In this document: one piece after another, positions 26,341 to 40,485 of the stretch
Layout of the letters: every line of letters starts with the position of its first letter
Position numbering within the stretch: position 1 is the first letter of the stretch
NCBI GenBank assembly: GCA_012295275.1
Contig: CM022672.1
Span: 2,046,001 to 2,110,000 of the forward strand
DNA length: 64,000 nucleotides
Source: Chrysomallon squamiferum
Taxonomy: Eukaryota > Animalia > Mollusca
Direction: 5' to 3'
The notes under the pieces: model-generated
The model's database searches: none
What the model was told of the DNA's origin: nothing
What the model saw: the letters and a program-made list of their open reading frames with translations, nothing else
Program-made: the position numbers and the translations under genes

Positions 26341-27686
26341 AGAAGGACCATGAAAGTGTGATAACAAACCTTTGTTTTCCATTCAGACGGAATCATGCAT
26401 GATTTGTACACCATCAAAAGCATGGTGCTGATCTATGACCGGCAGAGTTACGGGATGATCAGAGTTGATTATATTTACGAATCACAAAGGCTTAAATGGC
26501 TGCAGTTAGGAAATAAATCAATAGACAATATCAATTTCTGGTGTATTCTTAATCACGTGTGTGGGGGGCAGAAGAGTGTGAAGTTGAAGATTACACTATT
26601 TTTCTAACCATCTAAGGGGAAAATGGGAATGTTTTGATGTAGCTACCGTTTTTAGAAATGCTTTTTTTTACTACATATAAAGGGGTTTGTGGATTTATTT
26701 GAAATTTTTGACATTCAGTGATATATTTTAGGTATCAAACTGTGAAAGGGTACATTATAAATTATCAAATATATCTATAGATATATTTTTTTTAAAGCTG
26801 TTGATGTATTGAGGATTCTAAATTATATTTTGTTTTCTGTGATTACTTTTTTGATGAAAAAAAGTAAAAAAAAAAAAAGAGCAAAAGCTATACTAACACT
26901 ATAATCATATCCCATGGTTGAGTGAACGAAGGCAAAAATATATCACAGTTTTAAGTCAATAAAAGTATGTGTAATTCGTAAAATAATAATTAAAACATGA
27001 TTATCTATGGATGTTATTTTTATTTAATTTTCTTCTTGCTATTAAAAACACATTGGAAAACTAAATTACCATAAAAAACAACAATTTGTTTCTCTCTGCT
27101 ATTCACAGCAGAATATTTTAAATTCTCTACCTATGTTATGTTATGTAAAATTAATATTTATGGTAATTCTGTAATTTCTGCATGAATTTTAATAAGAAAT
27201 TACACTGCTAATTAAATTAATGATTTAATAGCAATGGTTCAATTTCCAGAGTAAATATTCAGTATTTTTATCTATCTCTGTTTGAAAAATGAAAACTTCC
27301 AATCAAGGGAATTAACTCCTCTTGCCTTGCAGCAAACAGATGATTCCTTGTTAATAAAATGTCTTGGATATATAAATAAATAAGTAAACAGATAAATAAA
27401 TAAACTTCAAAACAAAGACTGAAAATGATTTATTTATCTCGAACAGTAATTTTTATGCAATTTTTTTTTTTTTCACTATTCCTAAATAAAAATAAAATTA
27501 GATGTTGGTATGTTTAATAGATATGTTGACAGGAAAGTCAAAGGAGATTAACAAATGTGTCTGAAATTCTTGCCTTCTTTGAAAACATCAATAATTCACT
27601 GGCACAGTGCTGCATTGCAGAGTGATAGTTTGCAAGATCAAACCTCCTTAGTGTGGTTAGAACTGTCATCAGTTTCAGTCATTATA

Positions 27687-27738
27687 CCATGGTATGTGTT
27701 GTCCTGAAAGTGAATGTATGTAAAAGATAACATGCTCA
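27687..27738 (+). mobile_element. Decayed SINE-like fragment
   Basis: ccatggtatgtgttgtcctg...tatgtaaaagat matches 20671 and 62352. Confidence 0.5.
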
Positions 27739-29650
27739 CATTTGACAATTAGTGTAGAAAAAAATTATATATATATACTTTAATTAATTAATTAAAAAAT
27801 AAAAGACAGGAAAAGAGAGCAAAAAGTCCCTCATTTCAAATGATTGACATCTAATATTAGTTAATACTAAAACATAATGAAGGTTTTATTTAATCAAGCA
27901 TTCATGCATTTCTTTATTCTTGTTAGCCCATGGCAGTTTGGTACAAAAAATATTCTTAATTTATCTGAAATCTGGTTTGGTATTTTGATTAAAAACTTAT
28001 TGGTTTTCACTCTACTTGATTCTCCTGTAAGATAGACTGGCTTAAACCTAGGGGCCCACCAGAGTTGTCGTTAGTAAGCATGTATATTGTCTAATGAATT
28101 ACAGGTTTTATCAACAGTAACTTTAACAAACAACATGCAGTTTCTACTTCACCAAGTGTGTGCCGATACAAAAATAAAGTATAAATATGTGTTGTATTTG
28201 AATATGTACATATAAATGAATGCTTTTATTAATGTCTTAATATACTGTGCATGTGTATATATGTATGTTTGCATGTATTGTAAACAAATGCTTTCAGGTT
28301 AAAATTTTTATATCTTTTATTTATTTATTTTTTGTTTTGGTGAAAGTTTATAGAATTACTCCTTTATACAAAGTGAAAAATCTGCTTTAATTTAAAAAAA
28401 AAAAAAAAAAAAATGATAAAAAAAGAGAAACAAACCTTTAATATCAGTAAAAATAGAGTTAGTCCATTAATTCATTTTTTTTTTTCAGCACAAATGTTTA
28501 TGTCATTTAGGAATAAAATATCTTTTTTTTTTTATTCTTTTCTTTTTTAAACAAAATACTTTTGTTAGTTTCATCTTTTTTAGCAAACCTGACAAATCAT
28601 TTAACAAATATATATATTTCTTTTAGTATAAAACGTTTTAGTTTGCTTTTAGAATATAACTTAAAAAACAAAAGCATTTAAACATTTGGTCATCTGAACA
28701 TTTTTTTATTTTCATTAAATTAAACCTGTAATGTGAATTTATAATTAAATCTTTTTTGTTTTTAAATATAAAACAAAACTTTGTGTTTTTTTCTTCATAA
28801 CAAAAATTTGAATAAAAGTGAATTACCAAACGGATGTTTTGAATATAAAATGATTTGGTTTGTTTTTAAACAAAGTTCTGTATCAGCTGAAGCTACACTC
28901 TCTTTGATCATAAAACCATTAGTTGTTTTTTTCAGAAAAAAAAGTACATAAATTAAAGAAATTTATCACAACTCTTTGATCATGAAAATTATTTGTTTTT
29001 CTTTTATTTAATAAAAACAGCAAAACTGCTGTTATATCAATTAACACTTAATCTTTTTTGCCTTTGAATTTCTGCTTATTTATTTATCAACATGAAAAAC
29101 TGCCGTTTATTCTTTCTTTTTCTGTTTATTTTCCCACCAAAAGCATCAAGTGTGAAATTGTTACAGTAAACAAAGAAGCACGCAACCAGCAACCATCGAC
29201 GCCAATTTGATAAATAACATTCAAAATCCATCACATGAATTGTTATCTCATCACATATTTAGTCCAGTCTGTCAGTTACAAATCAGATTTCACAGCCAAT
29301 AACCCATTGTGGGACTGTAATTGGCCGATTAGAGCAAAGTGGCACGAAACACAGGTTTTCAAACGGTGTAAGGATGTAGTAAAACTGAAAAACCACTAAA
29401 AACGTTTTTCACAGCCCCACTGTTGCCAGTAAGCATTGATCTCTTTGTGGTTGTTAAAGGAGACACAAAAAATTAAGTGTTTCAAAGTGAGAGGCAGTCA
29501 ACAGTTTGGTCACTGGCAGACTTATGATGATGCAGAGCTTGTCTCTGCAATTACATACAGACTGCTTAGCTGTGTAAAACATATTAGAGAATACAGCTAA
29601 GTGACTACCTGTGTTGAATTTTAACAGACACAAGCACATATACAGTAAGG

Positions 29651-29654
<4 letters not shown>

Positions 29655-29710
<56 letters not shown>
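29655..29710. repeat. (CA)n microsatellite
   Basis: Direct reading. Confidence 0.97.
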
Positions 29711-29712
<2 letters not shown>

Positions 29713-30284
29713 TACATGCATGCACTGATGTAAATATACATGCCCACAGATATATATTTTTACATACACACATACACACAGAGAGAAACTCACATCTGTA
29801 TACAAGCATATGAATCTGTGTGTATATGTATACAGAGAAAACAGAAAGCCAGAGAGTTACTGGGATAGAGATATCTGAACCAAAAGCAAAAGTATTATCA
29901 AAACACATTCACAGCTAACAATACATGGAGGTCTTCAAAACACTCTTTTCAACTATTATAAACTAACTTTATTTTTAAATCTTTCATCAAAGACCAAAGC
30001 CATGAAATACCATACTAAACTGAACCTTTAATTTAAATTTAATCATATTAATTCTTATCTTATCATAACCACAATATCTCTGTACTAAATTGTATTTCTG
30101 GTCATACAAGCAATTCTTTAAGACTTGTTTGTTGAGTGTTTTCAATATTGTATTGATTGATTGTTTTTTAAGGACAGGATTTCATACTGATGGGATGCAT
30201 AACCAGGAAAACAAGTGTTGTTCATTTTAGTTGACTACACCAGGAAAAGTATACAATAAAAAAAAAGATTTAGAAAAAATGTAA

Positions 30285-30436
<152 letters not shown>

Positions 30437-33400
30437 AAATAAAACAGAGTACTTGCTCTGAAACTCACAGAATGACAGGATTGATCTGTATGCAAGAGTC
30501 CATTGAGTTATTTCCTGTTACAACCAAAGTGGATCACACAGTAGCAATACAAAATACCACTTTGTCTGCTATAAAAACAGATATACAAGTAATGGGATTT
30601 AAAAGGGATTTTCAGGATGCAAAGATAAGGATGAAAGTTTAGATTAACCGTTTAGGATTAATAAATCTTTTTTGTGTGTGTAGAATCCTTTCATTGCACC
30701 TTCAATTCATCCTTAGCTGACTTCAGAGGATGAACATTATTTTGTGTAATGGATCAAATGTATTTTTTTTTTGTCTCTAGTTCGTTTTCCCATTCCAACG
30801 ACATCACATGTCTGAGTTATCAAAGACCATTACAGGCTTCACAGAATGATAACAGAAGGTTTTCTTTCTCATGATATCATTACATAAATGTTAGTTCTTG
30901 TCACCTAACACCATTTACTATTAAAATTATATTGAAGCAAAGTTAAATAGATTGTTTAATTAATAAACTCAATCTGAAGTTTTTACATCATTTTGACAAT
31001 GGAATTCAATGAATATCTACACCTACAGTATAAAAATATTAAAAAACCCATCTAAATTAATAACTGCAACAACTAACCATAATAACAAACCCTCACAGAA
31101 ACAGAAGTCATGGCTAATCTCAGAACACACCATTATGTTTTCATGTAAAATTAATTAATCATTTGTGAAGCATCATACATAGATAACTAATCACCACCAG
31201 CAACAAGAATGTTTCAGAATTCTACATTTTTACCAAGCCACAACATTTCATTTTACTGTGAAACTACAGAAATGGGAGCAATACATTCTGATACACACTG
31301 TGTAGCCATGGGTTATAATCAAAACATCTATTTCAATTTTTAAAATTATTCTTCAGATGCTCTAATTCTGACCATGTAACTTCATGGTTTTGTAAAATTA
31401 TTTATTTTTTATATAACAACAATATATTCTGACCCACAAAAAAGAAAAAGCCACAGGTGCTATCAGTGAATAATAAATTCAGGATGTATATTTTGAAAAA
31501 TGATTAAGATGAAAAAAAGAAAATTGACTCAATTTGCAAAAAAGCATCAGCTGTTACCCATACGTAATGGATCTTTGAGAGACTATATGGAGTCTTGACC
31601 AGTATATTGTCAAGAAATATTTGTCATATTTTCTTTTCAGATTCAGAATATAGAAACTTCTGATGACACATTTTTCATTACCAGTTTGTCTCTTGCTGGT
31701 CTTTGTCCTAACCAGTGTTAAAACCACACCATTTACATCATCAAAATATTTATTGTAAACAGACGTATACAACATAATTAATAACATTTAAAATCACGCA
31801 GCTGAATTTACAAAGAGATATTCACTTTTACTAAATACAATTACAATACTTGAAAATCTGCCATTTAAGATAAAACTACCTTAGCCAACTAATTTAACCT
31901 TCATTGAAGAGGAAAATAACTTTACTATAGTATAATGTTTAGTGGGAATCTTTCTTCATGTTTAAACACAACAGAATACTCTGGTAGCTATCATGCATTG
32001 TCCCAGTAATTACCCCCATTTAATGAGTTTGTCAAATCTTTTATTCAGTTTCCAGAATGACATATTGTTAGACTTTGTAGGTGCAATTACTATCTAAATT
32101 CGTGATGCTTTCTTTCGGATCCTGCAACCATATTTCTTTTAGATATGTAGCATATAAGACCAGTTATTCCATTGTTGTAGAAGTATGGAAAATGACCATC
32201 ATTAAGGCCTGGGGTAGAAAGCAACATAAAAGAAAGCCTTATGAGACGTCTGGCTTCATTAAATTCTCTTGTCATCATCCACTGTTTGTAAATTGATGAG
32301 CTCTTTGCAGTTTGGCAGTGTACTCTGTCCATTAGCTTCTCAGTGACCCTCGATTTATTCATGTAAGTATTGTTATTCATCTCACTACTGGCAATTAAAA
32401 ACTCTCATTTCAGACTATCTTTGTCAAATGTTGAAACTTTGAACTTACCAAGATAATACCCCTCCCAAAGAAGAAACAAACCCATAGTAACAGTAACAAA
32501 GGTTTTGCTGTACCAGTCACTGAAGAGGAAACTTCATCTATTCAGACAAATATTGCTGCTTATCTTAAATACTGGTATATAAAATTTCTACTAAAGGACA
32601 ACAAGCTGTTCCCATCACATATAAAATTTTAATATATTAAAGCTATTATTATTTATTTATTTATTCAAATTTCATTTTATAATATATTATAATATTGGTA
32701 TTTCATTTCTAATGCAAAATCGTTTTAATTCAAAATTAAATATTTTGATTTTACCCATGGGATGTAACACATGGCTATGTTATAAATAATATTACATTAC
32801 CATATTGAAAAAGTCATGATATGACGACAAAAAAGTATATGACTGATATGTTTTCAGACTCTTGTGTGATAAAAATGTTTAGTCATTTATTATGAATTGA
32901 AATAGTATTCTATTATTACATTTAAACCATTCACAATAAAACAGATGTGACTACAAACACCCCACATTAGTCTAATGTTTTGGGGGTCTGTTGTCGGATA
33001 ACAAATGTTTAGCCATTCATTTTCGTTCATTTGTTATGAACTTTGAAATAAATGAAAATAGTTATGCTGACATACAGAGACTGCTGCCTCAAAGAAAACT
33101 GACACAGCAGGGTCCTGTTTTTATTTAGCTGTATGTCTCCACCATTCACAATCTTGGTCAGGAAGCCATCAATCAGTATACACTGAAATACAAAAAGACT
33201 GTGTCACTTTATAATGAACATAAAGAATCTACAATTAGTCAGACTATTGAAGCTGTTATGATTTGTCTGGGTTACGGTTGTTTTGATAAAATAGACAGAT
33301 TTTTCAGGATATGAAAAGATAATAACTGACAGTTAGGCTTGAAATGTTTTAATGAGACAGTGAAACATAGACAAAGAAAATAGATGACACAATTAACAGC

Positions 33401-33559
33401 TTGTTTGACGTTCCCGATGTGTCCATTTACTGCTAAAATCTTCTCTTCTTCCTCTTTGTTTTTCATTTGTCCCCATTCAGCATTCCCACAATGAACATCT
33501 GATGTATTTTGACCAAGATCCACTACACACCTCTTTTACCTAGCCAGTATTTACATAAT

Positions 33560-34070
33560 GATGTACTGAACATTTAAATTCTCTCTGCCATATATACCAA
33601 ATTGCTGTATTGAAGATTTATGCATCCAATACTTGTTTTTTCCAAACTAAAAATATTTTATACTTCTTTTCTTATATTCAACACAGAGTACTGAAGTTAT
33701 AATTTCTGTTTACAGAAGGCTGCTCTATATTTCTTTTCACCACACTCACTATCTTGAAAATGTCGTACTGAAGATAAAATGTTACCAAAACCTATTACAC
33801 ACTTCTTTCCCCCAGTCAATATCTTCAAAATATGTATTGTAGATATAATTTCTGTTTAAGAAAGCTAGTTACATATCATTTCATTACATCTAGTGTCTCA
33901 AAAATTCTGCATCAAAGATACAATTTCTCTTCACAGAAAACTGCAGTACATTTCTTTTCATCACATCCAGTATCTCTAAAATGCCGAATTGAAAATATAA
34001 TGTCTTCTGACAGCAAAATACATCAGGTTTCCATTACCTCTCTCCATCAGTTCAAAATGCTGTACAGAAA
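33560..34070. repeat. Degenerate ~75-bp tandem array (~6 units)
   Basis: gta(c/t)tgaagatataatttctgttt...cat(t)tcttttca.cacat.cagtatct..aaaat-like cores recur at ~33607, 33688, 33764, 33834, 33908 and 33985. Confidence 0.65.
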
Positions 34071-35554
34071 ACCTGATTCCAGATGACAACAAACCTCTTT
34101 ACACTAAAGTGCCTGGAATGTGAAACCACTTCTTTTCCTGAACAGACAGTATTCTGTAAGATTGAGGATATCATAGATTACAGGATTCATTATGACATAA
34201 CAAGCTGCTGTATGCTTTTCTCCATCTACACAGAGTTATTAGTTCTGTCTAAGGACAAACACAGTAGAGACGTTACAGAACATAAAATTCAAAATTTTAC
34301 AAATGAGCTAACATTTATTAATAAACCATCATGAGTCATTTTTAAAGAACTTTCTACAAATACTGTTTTGTCTAAAACTCGATACTTTTTTTTGTGCTGC
34401 ATTCTCAACTTCTAGTATATTTTTAGTCAAGGAATTTCATTTCTCACATAACAAGAATGTCTACCTTTAACTGTCACAGTATGATGAAATATAACACAAT
34501 TTATGGGGAAAGCAGTTTTTCGTAAGTCCAGTTCACTGTTTGGTATTGGTTAATTAAAATAGTTAAAATGTTTCATCTTAGATGACACCCACAAGTTTAT
34601 GAAAAAAAGTTGGAATGTGTTATACTGACTGTAAATAATCATTTCCATTACAGAATAAAGTTTTTTTTTCTCAAATTCCTGTCATTTATTTTTAAAGAAT
34701 CATTTATCTCCTGGACAAAAATATCTCAGTTTATTTGAAAAGAATAATGTTATGATCATGAGTAATGCCAGGTCATTTAGTATATCCTGTAATCTGTTCC
34801 CAGGTTAAACAGTGTCTTGACAAAATGTCCCAGTGTATGTCTTGAAAAGTAATACAAAGCAACTCACAGAGATTTCAGAGGTCATATTTTTTGTATCAAA
34901 CCGTTTTAAGTTACAGAAAATTACAAGTCAGATATCAAAGTTTACAGAGTTCTTAAGTCATAGGTCATTTTCTGATTAAGAATATTGATTTAAAAAAAAA
35001 AAAATAAATAAATAAAAATAAATCTTATTCTGATTCTGTCTTGAACAGCCATGTGGAAAGTCCTATCTTTTATTTCGAAGAGCCCAGCATTTGACATTTG
35101 ATGGAAGTCTTAGAAACTCCTGTTCATTGAATAGCTTTATCTGAAGCTCTGATTGCTGTGGAACTGTGGTAATTTATCATTTATCGTTACTTCAGAAAAC
35201 AGCAATTTTAAACTAAATGACAACATTTGCTGCAATTTGTCACACACCATCTTCCAATAAAATGTTTATATTTTAAAATATTTTTTAATGATGTTTTATT
35301 TATTTTTTTATGTTAGAAGTAAGTTAAGCAATTTTGGCTGAATGAGAGAAAAAAATGTTACATGTTGAAGTCAGAAGAAAAAAGTCCCAGCTTTAAATTC
35401 TTATAAAGTAACAGTTAACAATACATCAAAATTACATAGAGGGCTGTAGTTCACAGGATAGACTGCAAGATCAATTATCTTTGATGCATCATTTCTGCTA
35501 TTTCCCATTACAGCCAGTGCCCACAAATAATGTAATAAATATCTGGTTTTGTGT

Positions 35555-35722
35555 TATCACAACCATCATTGTAACCATCAACATTCACTATTATCATCAT
35601 TACCATCACCACTGCTATCATCATCATCATGCAGACATCAATGTTATCATCATTATCATCACCATCCTTCATCAAATTGCCACTATCATCATCAGTATCA
35701 TTCAGATCATTATTATCACCAT
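35555..35722. repeat. Degenerate (CAT)n low-complexity tract
   Basis: Direct reading. It is the source of the His/Ile-rich ORFs. Confidence 0.85.
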
Positions 35723-36301
35723 CCCCAGCTGCCTAAATGCAGATTATAACCAAAAAAGAGAACAAGAAAAGAAATGTAATTATTACAACAGATCCATCAA
35801 GTTCTTCTTTCGCTATCTTTTTAATGTGATCACCTACAACTGTATTTAGCTTCTATTAGTAGTTGTATTTTTACACAATAGTTCTTTTCTTGAACTGATG
35901 TTTGAAAACCTCACTGCATTTAATGGTCAACCTTATTTAAGCAGATTTGCCTTTATTTTTGTAAGGTTTATTTTTCAGGAGAATCTGCTTCCAAAGGCTA
36001 AAGCCTGAAGAAAAGTAAATATCTTTGATGTTTGTACAATGGTATTTGAGGCTCTTGGAAATTGTCTTTGTGTTTAAGTAAGGAAATTAAAATATTCTGC
36101 TTTTGTTGAGAATCTTATCAACCCTGTATCTAAGTGATTTCTCTAGTCCTGATTCGTTCTCTGTTCTATTTCTGTATGTAAAACAAACTAAAAATGGTAC
36201 ATGGTTTTCCTGTGTTCTAGATATATGCTTCCTATATATGTATTCAGACACTTTATTGTAGGAAATCCATTAATGTCCATTTTAAGTGCTGAAAAACCAT
36301 C

Positions 36302-36306
<5 letters not shown>

Positions 36307-36377
<71 letters not shown>
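36307..36377. repeat. (TC)n microsatellite
   Basis: Direct reading. Confidence 0.97.
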
Positions 36378-36379
<2 letters not shown>

Positions 36380-38799
36380 GTCTCTCTGTCTATCTATAGA
36401 CACACACATGCATATATATGTAGATTGCTTTATATTTGTATTCATGCAATTCATTATCAATTCAGTGATGAAATCATTGTCATGCTGCATTGTTTTCTTT
36501 TCTTTTTTCATTTTCACTGTGTATTATATACTCTATGTTTAGTTTTATGCAAAGTACAAAAAAGAATAATAACAGAAAAAAATATATGTTTTCTACTGTT
36601 TTAGAATCATTTTCATTGAAAGCAATAAAATAAAAACAACAGAATAATTAAATATATGTTTGTGTCTGATTATCATTAAGTTCACAATATTATATGAAAC
36701 ATGAAAGTAAATAAATAATTCATTTAATACATTAAAAATAAGTCAGTTATTATTATTATTATCATCATAATCATCATCATCATTATTTTTATTATTTTTT
36801 AAATCTCTTTAATTAAATCAAGATTATAAAATAAAAAAATAAGTTTGTTTTTTAAACACTGGAGATATAATTTAAATAATAAAAGCAAACATTATGCAGA
36901 CAGTTAGAAATGTCTTTCTGAATTACAATAATTTATTTCAGTTTTTCTTTAAGAAATGAGAAGTCAGTAGTTACATTCTTGGAAAGTAAGAATCATCTAA
37001 AACAACAAACAAGGTAAATAAGAAAGAAAAAAAGAAAAGAGATTAAAAAAAAAAAAGAGGAATAAATCAAATTAGAATTAATTAAAAAAGAAGAAGAAGA
37101 AAAAAAGACCAAAACTGGAAGAGACTGAAGATTATAATATTTTTTTTTTTTTTTGTTGTGTTTTTGTTTTACCAACTGAAGAAAATAAGTAAAGGGATTT
37201 TGTTTGTTTATTTTATGTTTGTTTGTTTTTGTTTGTTTTTTTAATCACACGTTATATTTTAGTCTGGAGTAGTGGACTGATGTTGTTAGAATTAGGACCT
37301 TTGTTGCTATTATTAACAAGAAAACATAATCATCATTCTTAGAGCAAAGCAAAGATGAAAACGTTTTTTGACAGCTCTGAAATTAGAACTGAAAATAGCA
37401 TACTTATTTAGTTACATTTAATAAATGTTTTATAATGTATACTGACGATGATATGAGAATGATAATACTGCTGCTGATGAAATGGTGATGATGATGACAG
37501 AATGATAACAAATACATAGAGTTTATATCAATATTATTAAATAAGATAAAGAAAATTTCACTCAGGGCCAGTACTAAGAAAATTACAGGGGGAGTTTTCA
37601 ATTTGGTGCTAGGAAGAGACATGAGAGGTGATAGGTCTTATTATATTTTTTGGCTTATTTTTCATCCCACACAGTTTTCTTTGAAAGGCTGGGAAATAGG
37701 CTTTTCTTAGTCACTGGGAAGGTGCACGTAAAAACTTATATCTTGCTAACTAATGAAAGTATATGGAGTATTGGCTCATACACAAGTACAAGAAATACAT
37801 GACTGACTGATATATAAATAAATAGATAAATATATATACACACAAAGATGCACATATTCATACAGGTGTGTGTATGTGTGTGTGTGGTTAATGTATGTCT
37901 GTATGAAATGCTATCGTCACTTTATTATCTAAACATTAAAGATTTATGTATCTTCTATGAAAGAAAATGAAAAAAAAAAGAAGGAAGTGATGCACAAAGA
38001 AAACAAGAGAATATTCAGTTTCCCGTAATGTTAGTTCAAGCACTTGAGAAAGAAATCTGACAGAAATGTCTTCATCACCATTTCACAATGTTTCACATCC
38101 AGCACTGAATCACTCAAAACTGATCCACTGGCTTCAATATCCAGTTTAATGCATCTATAAAATATACTTCCCTTGTTACTTTTACATTAGTTCTCAATCA
38201 GAAATGAATAAAAACAAATATCAGAGATCTTGGAAGAGGAAATTGCACATATTAAACTCTGATATTTCATAACAACTACGTGTTTTTCATTACAACTGCT
38301 TCTTATCAGACAAACTGAAACACTGTTGCCTGAGTTAAAAAGTACTTAATAAACAGCAGCTTGTGTGTAATGTAACTTTTTACTGCATGACATCTGACAG
38401 TTTGCATGCTAACAGTGTAAACGTCGCTTGCAGGGCAACAGTTGTAAAACATGCTTGGAGTCTGACATTGTTGTCTGTGTTTCTGAAGACCAGTGTTTGA
38501 CATTTGCTCACGTCTTTGAACTTCTCCTCCAAAGTCTCCGTCCCTCTTTGATTACCTCTTGGAGATGGAAATTTTTATATTTCTTCAGAAAACAGAAATT
38601 TTTATCTCCCTCACAGCGACATCTTCCCGTGCAATTTGTCAATCAGAGAGCCAGCTTGTCAATAAAATGACCATAGCCTTCATCAGGGATGTTAGTTTAT
38701 TAGTTCTGACAGCCCTGGTTAACCTTCATACTCAACCAGTCCATGTAATTTTATGAATAGCAGCATGTTAAGTGCTTACTTCGGAAATCCATGTATTTT

Positions 38800-39160
38800 A
38801 GTTACAGCTGTAAGTGTTAATTTTAAAAAAATACACGAAATTTTAAATTAAGTCTGTTATGTAATTTGATCATTTTAAAAATGTTGTGACATTTTACAAT
38901 TTTTGCTTCAGAAACTTAATTCATTTTTTTGTTTCAAGCCCACATCTGTAAGTTTTATTTTGTGAAATTATGAAATTTTAAATTAAAACTGTTATGAAAT
39001 TCGATCATTTTAAGAAATATTACAGTATTATGTTTTTCTTTCAGAACAACATTCATTTTTGTTTAATACACGACACAACTGTGAATGCTAATTTGAAAAA
39101 TACATGAAAAGTGAAAAAACGGCACTATTAAGAAATTTGTTGATTTAAAAAATAATTCTT
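38800..39160. repeat. Degenerate ~135-bp tandem repeat (~2.6 copies)
   Basis: gaaattttaaattaa..ctgttatg.aatt.gatcattttaa at ~38836 and ~38972. ttcagaa.....attcattttt at ~38907 and ~39040. Confidence 0.8.
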
Positions 39161-39269
39161 TGTATTTTATCAAGAAGATCACAATTAAAAATGCTTGTTT
39201 TAAAATCTGTTTCTGAAGTCATTTCTTCTAAGCTGTTATTAAAGCTATATTCCTCCAATATTTCATCCT

Positions 39270-40485
39270 CTCAATCACTCATTCATTTCATGCATTCATT
39301 TATTTATATTTCCAACCTTCTGTCCATGCATTCATTGATGCTCACAATAATTCACTTATTTGTTAATTCATGTAGAAATTTATAACTGACTAACTAATTT
39401 ATTCACTGATTCACACCTTCTTTCATTTACATATTTGTTCCTTTACACATTCATCATATACCCCCCTTTCTTCCAGTCTTTAATTTTTGCATTCAGTTCC
39501 AAATTCCTTCATCTTTCCATCCTCCAATCTTTCATTCTCATTCATTAATTCATTCTTTGTTTATTGTTTCATTTATTCACAAATTCACTCACTTCTTCAT
39601 TCATTCATTAATAAAAACAAAAATTACCCCTCACATTTTTCCCACTCAAATGCCAGTAGGCTATCTCTCTGTTTTTTTCTTTCTCAATTTCTTTAACTAA
39701 GAGAATTCAAAATAACACCTATTGCTGTTAATTTCAGCTACACCTCCAGACTATTACAGTCCACACTGTGTAATTTTCTGTCTGACAAATGCCACTCAAA
39801 GTTTTCTTACATTCACTGTGCTAAAGTGCTAATGTGCTTTTCAAAAATAAGTCTACGTTAAGCACATGCTTCATGTATTTTATTTTAAAAAAAATGTTTG
39901 CTTGCTTTAAAAGTTCATTTATTTTATGAATAAAGCCATTTGAATAAGTCATTTTCCTCAAAATTATTAAGTTAATATTCATTATTCACCACATTTATTC
40001 ATTATTTCATTCGTTCATTCTCATTTGTTCACTCAATCTCATTTTAATTCATTCATCTATGCATTCATTATTCACCACATTTATTCACTTTCAATCATTC
40101 ATTCTCATTTGTTCACTCTGTTACATTTTATTTCATTCATCTATGCATTCATTATTCAGCAATTTATTCACTTATTATTCATTCATTCTTTCATCGACTC
40201 CCATTTATTCATTCATTCATACAACCAGTCATTCACTTCATATAGTTATTAATTTACACATTCAAATAATTCATTGATTCATTCATTAATAAAATTTAAT
40301 GCATTTTTTTTTTCTCTCCTTTAAGATGCAACCACAGACAGCCTATTTATTTTTTTCAGCTTCTTCAAACTAAAAGAATTCAAAAATAATTGCCGTTGAT
40401 GCTAGTTTTGGCTGCACTAGCAGACTATTATAGATTGTACTGTGTACTTTTTCTGTCTAACAAATACTGCTCAAAGTCTTCTTTC
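39270..40485. repeat. Old tandem duplication: (ATTC)n-rich tract plus ~110-bp unique block, two copies
   Basis: agaattcaaaa...cagactatta.ag....actgtgta.ttttctgtct.acaaat....ctcaaagt.ttctt occurs at ~39700-39808 and ~40374-40483. Each copy is preceded by a degenerate ATTC tract. Confidence 0.8.
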
